DNA of 64,000 nucleotides from Malacoraja senta (Eukaryota), in NCBI GenBank assembly GCA_038087875.1, contig JAXLNO010000213.1:124001-188000 (forward strand), read 5' to 3'. Below the pieces are notes generated by a model that saw only the letters and a list, made by a program, of their open reading frames with translations, did not search any database and was not told the origin of the DNA. The translations under genes were made by a program, and so were the position numbers. How positions within the stretch are numbered: position 1 is the stretch's first letter; each line of letters starts with the position of its first letter. Shown piece by piece: positions 1-11,291 of this stretch.

Positions 1-231
1 GTTCAACTGAAATGTGCGGGCCACGATTCTTCACACAGAGGGTGGCAGGTGCGCGTTTAATATTAGTGGTGCAGGATGTTAGTATCATGGAGTTTATGAG
101 GTGTTCCTATAGGCACGTGTCTATACAAATACCTGAGGGATATGCATCATGTGTAAGCAGGTGACACTAATTTAACTTGACATCATGATCGGCCCAGATA
201 TTATGAGCCGAAATGCCTTTTACTGTGCTGT

Positions 232-1060
232 GGTGTACTCCACACCCCCCCCCCGCCCGGCAATGACACTGTGTAATCCACATCCCCCCGCCCGCCCAGG
301 ACACTGTGTAATCCACATCCCCCGCCCTGGACACAGTGTATTCCACATCACCCGCCTTGGACGCTATGTAATCCACATCTTCCCCGTCCGCCCAGGACAC
401 TGTGTAATCCACATCCCCCGCCCTGGACACTGTGTATCCTCCCCACCCCGCCCGCCCACGACACTGTGTAATCCACATCACCCGCTCTGGACACTGTGTA
501 TTCCACACCCCCCGCCCTGGACACTGTGTATTCCACATCACCCGCCCTGGACACTGTGTAATCCACATCCCCCGCCTTGGACACTGTGTAATACACATCC
601 CCCGCCCACGACACTGTGTATTCCACATCACACGCTCTGGACACTGTGTATGCCACATCCCCCGCCCTGGACACTGTGTAATCCACATCACCCTCCCTGG
701 ACACTGTGTAATCCACATCCCACGCCCTGGACACTGTGTAATCCACATCCCCCGCACGCCCACGACATTGTGTATTCCACATCCCCCGCTCGCCCACGAC
801 ACTGTGTATTCCACGTCCCCCACCCGCCCACGACACTGTGTAATCACCATCCCCCGCCCTGGACACTGTGTAATCCACATCCCCCGCCCGCGACACTGTG
901 TATTCCACACACCCCGCCCACGACACTGTGTAATCCACATCCCCCGCCCGCGACACTGTGTATTCCACACCCCCCGCCCAGGACACTGTGTTATCCACAC
1001 CCACCGCCCAGGACACTGTGTTATACACACCCACCGCCCGTCTAAGGATCCTGTGTGACC
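232..1060. repeat. ~30-bp GC-rich minisatellite (GGACACTGTGTAATCCACATCCCCCGCCCT); degenerate TGTAATCCAC periodicity continues to ~2640
   Basis: Tandem units read directly. They explain the repetitive ORFs (WITQCPGRG, HCVIHIPRPG) in all frames. Confidence 0.95.
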
Positions 1061-1474
1061 CACACCCGCCGACCCGGGACACAACCCCTATGTAATCCAA
1101 AAATCTCCGGCACGGTTCTCAGTCTGGTCCACACTTCGTCGTCCCAGGGCTCTGTTTTATCGACATCCCAGGATCCTGAAACATGCATTGACACACCAGA
1201 ACCCAGGGCCACGTGTAACCTAACAACCCGTCCCGCGATTGAAAACCATGTGCAATCAGTGACACCATCTGTAATCCCAGAACACAGAACCCTGACCCGG
1301 CGTAATATTCACTGCCACTCTACGGCTTGGACCTAGTGTAATCCACACTCCTGTGCCATGACGCGGGCACTGTTTAGTTCAGGATATTTTCTTTCAATCC
1401 ACACACGTCGCCACATAAATCTGTGTAATCTACAACCCCATCCCAGGACCCAGAACACTGTGTGCTCCATAACC

Positions 1475-1890
1475 ATTTGTAACCTTCCCTCCATTGATGA
1501 AATGTACACTGCAAGGACCAGGAAGCGAGCGAGCAAGATCATCTCTCATCCGTCGCACCCTGGCCACAAACTCTTTCAATCACTTCCCTCTGGAAGGTGA
1601 CTCCGGATGGTCAAAGCTGCCACAGCCAGACATTAAAAGTTTTTATCCACGAGTAGTTGCTGTACTCAGCAGCCAAAAATCTGTAGCCTCCCTTTGATCT
1701 GGTATTTTATTGGTTCACACGCTTGATCAATGGTGTTTTATCATTAATGTTTTATTATTATTAATGTTTAGTGTTTTGTAAGTCATTCGTAACTGTCACT
1801 GTTTGTCATATTGTTACTTGTGGGCGCAGCATCAAGGCAAATTCCTTGTATGTGAATACTTGGCCAATAAACTTACTTACTTACTTACTT
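1475..1890 (+). mobile_element. Rex-Babar-type LINE 3' fragment with short (TTAC)n tail
   Basis: Encodes CNLPSIDEMYTARTRKRASKIISHPSHPGHKLFQSLPSGR and ends AATAAACTTACTTAC. Same family as 20537-21135, 43947-44353 and 55760-56372. Confidence 0.85.
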
Positions 1891-2939
1891 AATAATCAAT
1901 ATGATTTGTCTGAGGACGTAGTGAATCCGCGCCACCGAGCTGGGCGCTGCTTTTTGATCCAAAACCTCCGTCCCAGAACCCTTTATGATCACACCCCAGA
2001 TTCCAGGACGCTGGACAGTGCAGGGACATGGGTACCGAACAAACCTCGTCCTAGGACACGGTGCAAACATCACAGACTAGCCTGGAGCTATGTGTAATCC
2101 AAACCACCGTCCCGGGATCCAGGACACTGTTTAATCGGGTCCTTGCGTAATCAGCATCCCAGATCGAGGAGCATGTGTAATCCACACCCCGGTCTAGTAC
2201 CCGGGACCTTTGTAATCCACACTCCCGTCTCTGGACATGGTTAGGTGTGAAATCTACACCCCAGGTCCAGGGCCATGTGTAATCCACACCACCATTCCAG
2301 CACCCTGGGCCCTGTGTATTACACACACCCACCCCAGCACCCGGGACCGTGTGTAGTCAACAATCCCGTCACAGGACGGAGCTCCTTGTTTAATCAGCAC
2401 CCCAGGTCATGGACCAGAGGTAATCCACACCACCTTTCCTGCACACGTGACCCTGTGTAATGGACATTCCGTCTCGGGACCTGATTATTTGTGTAACCTG
2501 CCCCGCAGGTCCAGGACCATGTGTAATCCACACTCCCTTTCCAGCACCCGGGGACCGGTGTAATCCAAACCAAGCCACGGTATTTCAACCCCTGGGACCC
2601 GGAACCCTGTGTACACAAAACCCACTCCGATACACTGCAGGACTCAGCAGTAGACAGTCGCCAGTCCCAGAGCAGCTCCCATCGGGACAGTGAACCCATC
2701 CTCAATCGATCACCTGCTTGGAAAAGACTGCAGCACCGTCCAGTCCCGAGGTGAGGAAGCCCCGTCGCGTTGGACACACTGCCGCTTCAGTCACGGAGCG
2801 ATGAAGTGTGTGTGGGGGGGGGGGGGCGAGTGGTGTCCACGAAGGAATTGGCGGATCGCATGGGAACCTTCACTCTGGGATATTGTGGGGGTGCAGGAGC
2901 AACGCTGTATATGTCGTATACGTGTTTTACCCATAACCC

Positions 2940-3450
2940 ACCCGCCAGACACGACCCTCCGGCACATGGCACATCCTCCCCTCCGGCAGACATGTCCTGG
3001 CCTCAACGAGGCACGCCTGTCATCCAGCCAGACAAGTGACCCCCTTCTCCAGACACGTATGTCCCTCTGCTAGACACCTTCCCCATCCGTCAAACACGTG
3101 CCCCACCGCCGAATAATTATCTCTCGCAGTCAGACACGTCCGACTCTCCGCCAGACACGTCAGCCTCTCCTCCACAGTTGTCTGTCCTTCCGCCAGACAC
3201 ATCAGCCTCTCCTCCACATTTGTCTGCCCTTCCGCCAGACACGTCTGCCTCTCCTCCACACACCATAGCCTTCGGCCAGACACGGCGGTCCCTCTGCCTG
3301 ACACGGCGGTCCCACTGCCAGACACGGCTGGCTCTCTTCAATTAAATCTGCCTCTCATGCCAGACACGCCTGCTCCTCTACACGGATACCGTCTGGTCCT
3401 CCGCCACACACAGGTCCCACTCCACTAGACCCCGCAGCCCCACCAAGCAG
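2940..3450. repeat. Degenerate ~20-bp tandem repeat (CCGCCAGACACG core)
   Basis: Recurrent CCAGACACG units. The paralog lies at 45360-45746 and 51952-52100. Confidence 0.8.
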
Positions 3451-3587
3451 ACACGACTCCTCGTCAAATGCCATTGTAGAAGCAGCTACCGTAGCAACTC
3501 CGAAAACATACTAATTCCGAAAGGTAAATGGCGAACAAGTGTTGGGACAGATGTAGTTCAAAAGCTGACAAATGGGACAAGCTTTGA

Positions 3588-5066
3588 AACATAGATACGT
3601 AGAAACATGGAAAATAGGTGCACGAGGAGGCCATTCGGCCCTTCGAGCCAGCACCGCCATTCATTGTGATCGTAGCTGATCGTCCCCAATAAATAACTCG
3701 TGCCTGCCTTCTCCCCATATTCCTTGATTCCACTACCCCCCAGAAATCTATCTAACTATATCTTAAATCCATCCAGGGATTTGGCATCCACTGCCCTATG
3801 TGGGATAACATTAGCTATCCTCCAATCCACAGGAACTGACCCTGAGTCTATTGAACATTAAAAAATGATCACCAATACGTCCACTATTTCTAGAACCACC
3901 TCCCTGAGGATCCTGGGATGCAGACCATCAGGCCCAGGGGATTTATCATCCTTCAGTGGCATTAGCCTACCCAATACTATTTCTCGGTTAATGAAAATTT
4001 ATTTCAGTTCCTCTACCCCTTAGATCTGTCCTCCACTACATCTGGGAGATTCCTTGTGTCTTCCTTAGTGAAGACAGATTCGAAGTACCTGTTCAACTCT
4101 TCTGTAATTTCCTTGTTCCCCATAATAATTTCACCCGTGTCTGCCTTCATTTGACTTTGCTACTCTTTTTCCCTTAACATATCTGAGGTAGTTTTACTGT
4201 CCTTCCTTATATTCCTGGCCAGCTTCCCCTCGTACTTCATCTTTTCAGCCCGTATTGCACGTTTGGTTTCCTTCTGTTGTCCTATGAAAGTTTCCCAATC
4301 TTCTGACTTCCGGCTACTCTTTGCAGTGTCATAGACCTTTTCTTTTAGTTTTATTCTATCCCTAACTTCTCTTGCCAGCCACGGTTGTCTCCTACTCACC
4401 CTCAGAATCTTTCTTCCCTTTTGGAATGGAATGATCCTGCGTCTTCCGGATTATGCCCAGAAATTCCTGCCATTGCTTTTCCACCGTCATTCCTGCTAGC
4501 ATCCCTTTCCAGTCTACCTTGGCCAGCTCTCCTCTCATGCCTTCACAGTCCCCTTTGTTCAACTGCATCACCGACATTTCCGATTTAACCTTCTCTTTCT
4601 CAAATTGCAGATTAAAACTAATTATATTATGATCACTGCCTCCAAGCGGTTCCTTTACCTCGAGTTCTCTTATCAAATCTGGTTTATTAGACAACACTAA
4701 ATCCAGAATTGCCTTTTCTCTGGTCGGCTTCATTACAAACTGCTCTAAGAATCCATCTCGGAGGCATTCTACAAACTCTCTTTCTTGGGGTTCTGAACCA
4801 AACTGAATTTCCCAGTCTACCTGCATATTGGAATCCCCCCATCACCACAGTTGCATTACCTTTGTTACATGCCAGGTTTAACTCCTGCTGCAACTGACAC
4901 GTTACATCCGGGCAACTATTTGTGGGTCTGTAGATAACACCAATTTGTGTCTTCTTGCCTTTACAATTCCTCAACTCAATCCACAGTGACTCTGCCTCGT
5001 CAGTCCCTATGTCTTCCTTTGCAAGGGACTGAATTCCGTCCCTCACAAGCAGAGCTACCCCCTCCT
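3588..5066 (-). mobile_element. CR1/HER1-type LINE, internally deleted (endonuclease-region ORF2 fragment joined to the 3' tail)
   Basis: ORF pieces ESLWIELRNCKGKKTQIGVIYRP and EPLGGSDHNIISF. Tail GGGCCGAATGGCCTCCTCGTGCACCTATTTT with TCTATGTT-type repeats. Confidence 0.88.
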
Positions 5067-5755
5067 CGTTTGATCGGTATTTGATGATATGTTGTCACAA
5101 ACTGCGATCCAGATTTTGCACCGAGAAAACAGCAGCCAGGGTTATAGCAACTGTGTGTCCGCTGTTCTGCTGCAAAAACATCCCCTGGTACTTTGCATTT
5201 GAACCTTATATATCAGTACACAATGTAGCATGGGGCTGTAATACAAAACAAGAAATCTTCATTGAACCTACATGGATATTATTCACCTGGATTCACCGAT
5301 GTTTCAGCCCTGTGCTCCCAATGTTCCTGATATTATTGCTCAATGCTCTAACAGTCTGGCACATTTTAATGGTTAGTCAAGTCCGCAAGAACCTGAGAGG
5401 CGGCAAGAATGCTGCGAATCAGAATGACACCGAGCTGGAAAGCAGAAGAAAGTCAATCATCTTGCTCTTTGCAATTTCGGGCAACTTCATTATGTTGTGG
5501 ATGACGTATTTTATAGGTTTCCTCTGGACACAGATAACAAAGCGGTCTTATTTTACCGGTTTCAATGACCCGTTGTTTATCGTGGACGAAACCAGCTACA
5601 TGCTCCTGCTTTTGAGTTGCTGCACAAACACATGTATTTACGCGGTAACTCAGTCTAAATTCAGAGAGGAACTGAAGAGCGGGATGAAATATCTGCCGAG
5701 AATAATGTTTAAACGAGTTAAGGAAGGACAGCAATGTAGAAACTATAGGCAATAA
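5065..5755 (+). pseudogene. GPR139-like GPCR pseudogene A1; 5' part (exon 1, intron, TM1-TM3) deleted
   Basis: Nearly identical to the A2 C-terminal 224 aa (56802-57476). It starts abruptly at FDRYL, fused to CR1 sequence (CCTCCTCGTTTGATCGG). About 3 kb present in copy 2 (~53726-56780) is missing. Confidence 0.9.
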
Positions 5756-6102
5756 GTTACAGCGGAATTGTATCTCCCGTTTCATCTAAGCCAGCAATAT
5801 TCTCATTTATATCTGCCCTATCCCAATGCAACATCCAACATATCCTGGAGATTTCTACATTTTGCGTTAGTGAAGGAGTCGGCAGATGTAGGCTGGGTTA
5901 GGTACGGAGGGAACTGATGGTCATGGGCTAAATCGTAATCATGCATGCACACAACTCAATTAAACGCTTTGTTTGTTGGGAGATCTATGTGGTCCTGGGA
6001 AATAGATGGTAGGACATTTATTTTAGAAAACACGAGACCAAGTGGGACACTTCCCCCAACGGGGGACGTTGAATACCCCAATAGCTACGTCCCTTTTGCC
6101 CT

Positions 6103-6122
6103 TCTCTCCTGCTCTCTCTCCT

Positions 6123-6219
<97 letters not shown>

Positions 6220-6221
6220 CT

Positions 6222-6313
<92 letters not shown>
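6103..6313. repeat. (CT)n microsatellite
   Basis: Read directly. A shorter paralog lies at 57921-58002. Confidence 0.97.
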
Positions 6314-7770
6314 GATTATCTCTGTGACATCGAGTACTTTCTTGCTGCGGTTCCTGTTCCCTTCTCTCCTGATCTGTCTGGATTATCTCTGAGACGTTGA
6401 GTTCTTTCTTGCGACTCCTCTTGTGCCCTCCTGACCTGATCTCTCTCTCTCTCTCTCGATTATTTCAGAGACATTGAGTTCTTTCTTGTTGCTTCTCATG
6501 TGCCTACTGTTCCTCACTAATTCTCGCTGTCGCTTTTTGACTTTACTTGACTATCCCGCACCTCTTTTTCTCCGTCATCTAGGCATGATTTTGTAATATT
6601 GCAACTGTAAATGAAAAGATCTTTTTGTTTAAAATAACCTAATGATTACGTAAATAATACCCCAAACACAAACTCAGTTGCTAATGAGCACAGATTAATT
6701 GGATGAAAATTGAGTCTTTCATGTGGAATTAAAACAATGTGAATGAAAAATATTTTAATTGCAATTGTAAATGAAAATATAACTGTATATTTGTTAAAAA
6801 TTCAACTCTCCTAAAATAAATTGTAATCAGTGTAATCGCCAGGCCTTTTTTTAAAATCCAACTGTGTTTAAATAAACTGTTTTTAAATAAATAAAATAAC
6901 CCAAACACAATCTCAGTTGTTAATGAACACAGATTAAATGGATGAAAATTGAGCTTTTCCTGTGAATGAAACGTTTTTTTTAATTGCAACTGTAACTGAA
7001 AATGTTATGGAAGTGAATCGCGAAGTATGTTTGGAAATGCAACTGTGTTGAAATAAAACATTCGATTGCGCAGCTGTTTAGAGATCGAACTGTATATCTG
7101 TTAAAAAATAATGCAACTCGTAAAATAAATCCTAATGAATGTAATCGCCAAGTATTTTAAAAAATACTACTTTTTAATAAAGGAGCATAGTAAAAGGGCC
7201 TTTAATTGCGACTGTAAATGAATGCAATAGCGAAGTATTGCAACTGAATCAATGTATTTTAAAAAATCAAACTCTTTTTAAATAAATGTGATTCAATGCA
7301 TGGAACTCTTGCAAAATAAGTGTTAATCAATTCAATTGCCAAGATGTTCTTCAATAAATGTTAATCAATGAAATCGTTGTCTTTTTTCAAGCAGCAGTCT
7401 TAATAATGTGTAAAATCGTGAAGTCATAATGAAATGCAGAACATCCGTCTTTTTCTAAATTGAAAACGTAAATCAATGCAATATCGATTTTTTTTTCAAT
7501 GCAACTAGTATAAAATATATAAAAGCTTATCGTGAAAGAGAGCGAAGTCGGCGAAGTCAGAATGTTCTGGAAATGCAGTTGTTGAGTTGTGCTCCGTTTA
7601 CGTGGGAGCCGGACAATTAATCGTTTTTTTTTTAAACGAAATTAATGAAATGGCAATTTTTTTTGCAAGCAGCAGTCCCATTAAAGTGTGAAATCCCGAT
7701 TAATCAATAAAATCGGCAATTTCAATGAATGTAAAAGCGGCGATTTTTTTTTTTTAAAAGACAATAAATA

Positions 7771-8148
7771 AAGTAAAAAAGTAAAAAGTAAAGTATCCTT
7801 TATTGTCATTCACACCTTTCGGTCTGAACGAAATTTTGTTGCCTTGCAGTCATAACATAGAATAAAATAACAAAACACACAATAAACACAAATTTAACAT
7901 CTCACAAGGCACCTCCTCACTGTGATAGAAGTCAAAAGTCTTAGTCTTTGTCTTTTCCCTCCTTGCTCTCCCTCTGCGCTGAGGCGATCCAGGCTTCCGA
8001 TGTTGGGACCCGCCGGGTGATGGTAAGTAAGCCCCGCGGCTCAGCCGTGCTCCGCGAACGGGCCGCTTCAAACTCCGCGGCCCGGAGTGGTCAAAGCTGC
8101 CGCCTCAGCCCCGAGTCGGGCCGCCACCAGAACGCCGCCTCAGCCCTG
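7771..8148 (-). mobile_element. Non-autonomous SINE-like retroelement with GC-rich body and LINE-like 3' tail ((TTTTTAC)n)
   Basis: Shares its core with 10225-10600 (CCTTTATTGTC..TTCA, CTCCTCACTGTGAT, TCTCCCTCTGCGCTGAGGCGAT). Absent from the paralogous site CAATAAAT^GCAATCGG at ~59498. Confidence 0.7.
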
Positions 8149-8884
8149 AAATGCAATCGGCAAGTCTTTTTATAAATAAAAGTAACTGGTGTAAAAGAAA
8201 AGCCAATCGCAAGCCAAAAGCCAATCGCGAGAAATTGCGATTTTTGTTGTTGCAAGCAGCAGTCTACGTAAAATGTGAAATCCGGAGATAAATGCAATCG
8301 GCTCGTCTTTTTAAATTAAGGCAACTGTTGTAAAATCATAGCTAATGATTGGAATGGAGATTTTTTTTGCAAGCAGCAGCTTAATTAATGCGTGAAATTC
8401 CGATTTAATAAATGTCAATACATGCATTGGGCAAGTCTTTTTAAAATAAATATAAAACAGGGTAAAAATGAAAAACCAACCCGCAACCCGTTTAAAACGA
8501 CGTTAAAATATATTTTTTAATTAAATATAAAAAAGTGTAAACCTGAAAAAGCTACCCGCGATCCGTTTAATGTCGTAAAAATATATAAAAGCTTATCGTT
8601 AAAGAGAGCGATGTCGAGGAAGTCAGAATTAATCAGTCAGCTCTTCGCCTGAGTGTTTTGGGTGAGGGCTTGGAGAACGTTGTGGAAGTGCGATTGGAAG
8701 AATCACCTATGCCGAAGGTTGCAGCGTGGAAGAGTGACCAATGCAAGTGTTTGAAAATGTGGGAAGAGGCGTTGGAGCGCTGGAGTGCCCCCTCCCGGCC
8801 GGAGTGGCCCGTCTTGCTATGCGAGCGCTGGAGAGTGCATTGTGACGCCACTCGGTCGGGAAATGGGTGTGTCTGAGCTGTATA

Positions 8885-9430
8885 TCTATATTACTAAAAG
8901 GCTGATCATGACCGCTTTTGGCCCACTGTGGTGCGATTTCCGAGAGAACGCCGCCACGTACGGCCGTCATTTTTGGCCACCTCGGTCAGAGACGCCCTCC
9001 GCCTTCCTGGACAAGAGGATTTTTCCCGTCGAGGAAAAATGAGAGTGATATGAATGTTTTTAAACAATTACCCATTCTCTCTGCTGCCCCCGCTGGCGGC
9101 TGGGGGAGGGACTATAAAACTCGGAAGTGTCGTGCGCACTCAGTCTCTGCCAGACCCAGGAAGGCAGAGGGTCACGACTCTCTGAGCTGTGAATAACACT
9201 GAATGTATTGGTTCTAAAGTATTTGCAAATTTGTTTCTCTTGGCTGTTAAAAAAATGTTTACAGGAAACGTATTGGCTGCAAAGTATTTGCAATTTGTTT
9301 TCTCTTGGCTGTTTAAAAAAAAGTTTACTGGAAACGTTTTGGTTGTAAAGAGTTTGCAAATTTATTTCTGTCGGCTGTTAAAATGTTTGCAACAGTTTTC
9401 AGATGGATAAAGCATGAATAAACATTTTAT
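8885..9430 (+). mobile_element. Helitron 5' portion (A^TCTATATTACTAAAA terminus)
   Basis: Helitron-type TC 5' end after A. Similar to the 36185 element (ATTTTTGGC, GGACTATAAAAC..CGGA, TGTGAAT.A.ACTGAA). Confidence 0.7.
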
Positions 9431-9490
9431 TAGATCAGAACTGTGTTTAATTTTAAAATTGGCGCTCATTCTGTGATTTTCGCTTGGTTG

Positions 9491-9647
9491 CAAGATGGCG
9501 TCGATGACGTCATTTCCGGTTAGCGGCACGACGGCGCCGAGTGCGTCATTTCCGGTTCGTGGCAAGAAGGCGCTGACTGCAGAATACACAGAGTGCAGGC
9601 GCTGCTGAATAATACACGAGAGCTTTACTGCTCTGTCTATGGTAAGT
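9491..9647 (+). promoter_or_regulatory. CpG-rich promoter-like module: YY1 motif, CRE and two ETS-like sites, followed by a splice donor
   Basis: CAAGATGGCG at 9491, TGACGTCA at 9505, CGTCATTTCCGGTT twice (~9508 and ~9544), ATG|GTAAGT at ~9640. No downstream exon found. Confidence 0.4.
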
Positions 9648-9708
9648 GTGTTTGTTGGACGTTATTTAAAGCATGTTTTTGTTTCAGAAGCAGCCTCTGC
9701 AGGAGGCT

Positions 9709-9721
9709 TTGTGTGTGTGTG

Positions 9722-9769
<48 letters not shown>

Positions 9770-9789
9770 CGTGCATGCGTGTGTGTGTG
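9709..9789. repeat. (GT)n microsatellite
   Basis: Read directly. Confidence 0.95.
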
Positions 9790-10140
9790 ACGAGAAGTTA
9801 CCAGCTTGAAGTCTGATCTTTATTTTATGAGGAGTTAGATGAGTGATTACGTGAAGAAGAGCCCGTCCAGCCGCACACGCGTCAATCTTCAAAGCAGCGG
9901 AGTGAAATCACAGACAACAATAACTGAAGTATGATAGTAGGATACGTAAAGACTAGAACTACCAGCTCGATCTTTATGAGGGAGGGAGCGGAGGGCACGT
10001 AGTGCCTCGGCGTAACTCCTCATAAAATAAAGATCAAACTTCAAACTGGTAAGTTCTCGTTTAATCTTACTATTTTACTTCGGAGTCACGTGAGTGACTA
10101 CGTGAAGATTTCAAAGCTCTATGATTTCACGCCGCAGATT
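9790..10140 (-). mobile_element. DIRS-type (tyrosine recombinase) retrotransposon 3' terminus with ICR/ITR architecture
   Basis: ~46-bp inverted pair (9792-9837 / 10013-10058), a partial direct echo GAGTGAYTACGTGAAG, and complementary GCGG.GTGAAATCA / TGATTTCACGCCGC. The minus strand carries AAACGAGAACTTACC. Confidence 0.7.
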
Positions 10141-10224
10141 CAAATCCAGGCGTCTCACTGCATTGGTTGACTCTAAATAATTAAAGCAATCAACAATGCA
10201 TAACCACAACATGAATGCAACCAG

Positions 10225-10830
10225 TTAGATAGATAGATAGATAGATAGATATGCCTTTATTGTCTATTCAGACCGAAGTCAGGACGAAATTGCAGCAGTC
10301 ATACATATAATACAATAAAAACAACAATAAACACATATTAACATCCACCACAGTGAGTCCACCCAGCATCTCCTCACTGTGATGGAGGCAAAAGTCTTAG
10401 GTCTGCAGTCTCTTCCCTCCTCTTCTCCCTCTGCGCTGAGGCGATACCCCCGGGCGATGTTATAACAGTCCCGCGGCTCAAACACCGCGGCCCGGGGTGG
10501 TAGAAGCTGCCGCCCACCAGTCCTACAGACGTAGCCGCTGGCCCGCGGCCGAACCCCGGACTCAGGCCACCACCGCCAGAACACCGTCCCAGCCACCTCA
10601 CGTGAGTACCGTGCCGTCTTCAGCCTCGGGCTGGGCCGCCCCGACATGGGCGCCGAACCTCCCCCGAGCCGGGCCGCCCCGACATGGGCGTCGCTTCTTC
10701 CCCGGGCCGGGCCGCCCCGACCTGGGCGTCGCTTCTCCCTCTGGCCGGGGTGCCCCGACTTGGGCGTCGCTTCTCCCCGCGACCGGGCCGCCCCGACTTG
10801 GGCGTCGCTGCTCCCGTGAAGCCGAGATGC
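10225..10830 (-). mobile_element. SINE-like retroelement (same family as 7771-8148) with (TATC)n tail and 5' GC-rich ~36-bp tandem repeats (10630-10815)
   Basis: Shared core sequence, (GATA)n at 10227-10250, and about 5 units of GGGCCGCCCCGACNTGGGCGTCGCTTCTCCC. Confidence 0.65.
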
Positions 10831-11291
10831 CTTGCCCCAAGCTCCCTTATAAGAATGCACCCTATTGTTCACTGCCCGCTCTAATTTCAATGTAAAGAGT
10901 CAGATGTCCGTCCAAGCATTCTTAACACTCGTTTCATACTTTAACCTTTATTATTAAACAAAACCTTAGATTTACGTGACTGCGAAGCGATCCGAGTGGA
11001 GGGAAAATACAAGATTGGAGGTAAATAGGGGCTGCTGGATCCTGCCCGCCTGTCGACACGGTCTTTGTCGGTCTTTGCAGTTATCAGCTATTCTGCTTAA
11101 CAGTTCCCCTTAGCCATCATCTGTCCAATATTCCACAATTTTCACCCTCAAGATATCAAATGCTATGGCCTCCCCCATGCATAGTCATGTCTCAAACTAA
11201 AATTACCTCTGGATCGAATTCATCTCCATCTGCGCTGTCTCGGGTAAGCAGTCACCAGAATAAAGGACTATATTCATTTCACCAGTTCTCA

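Larger units (their letters stand above)
1..8290 (+). repeat. Segmental duplication copy 1 (direct repeat of 42786-~59617)
   Basis: Colinear near-identity by eye across the CR1 tail, minisatellite, Rex fragment, CCAGACACG repeats, CR1, GPCR exon 2, CT microsatellite and AT-rich repeats. Position 1 GTTCAACTGAAATGTG aligns to 42786 GATCAATTGAAATGTG. The right boundary is approximate. Confidence 0.93.
6033..8630 (-). mobile_element. Probable non-autonomous Helitron remnant (3' end at 6033) with internal CT microsatellite and AT-rich degenerate repeats
   Basis: The minus strand ends GTCCCACTTGGTCTCG|T, matching the terminus GGTCCCACTTAATCTAG|T at 38802-38819. The same end occurs at ~57753 in copy 2. 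No 5' TC terminus was identified, so the extent is uncertain. Confidence 0.5.

Noticed and set aside
232..1060. CRISPR-like array (also considered for 36722-37842)
   Set aside because: Units are contiguous with no unique spacers, there are no cas genes, and the context is eukaryotic.
167..1100. Overlapping 200-300 aa Cys/His/Pro-rich ORFs (also 42952-43624)
   Set aside because: They are translations of a 30-bp minisatellite, open in several frames on both strands.
11140..11250. Possible orphan GPCR exon 1 (G|GTAAGC donor; AAGATATCAA shared with the A2 upstream region)
   Set aside because: It has an in-frame stop, no YYP/TM1 similarity and no plus-strand exon 2 nearby.
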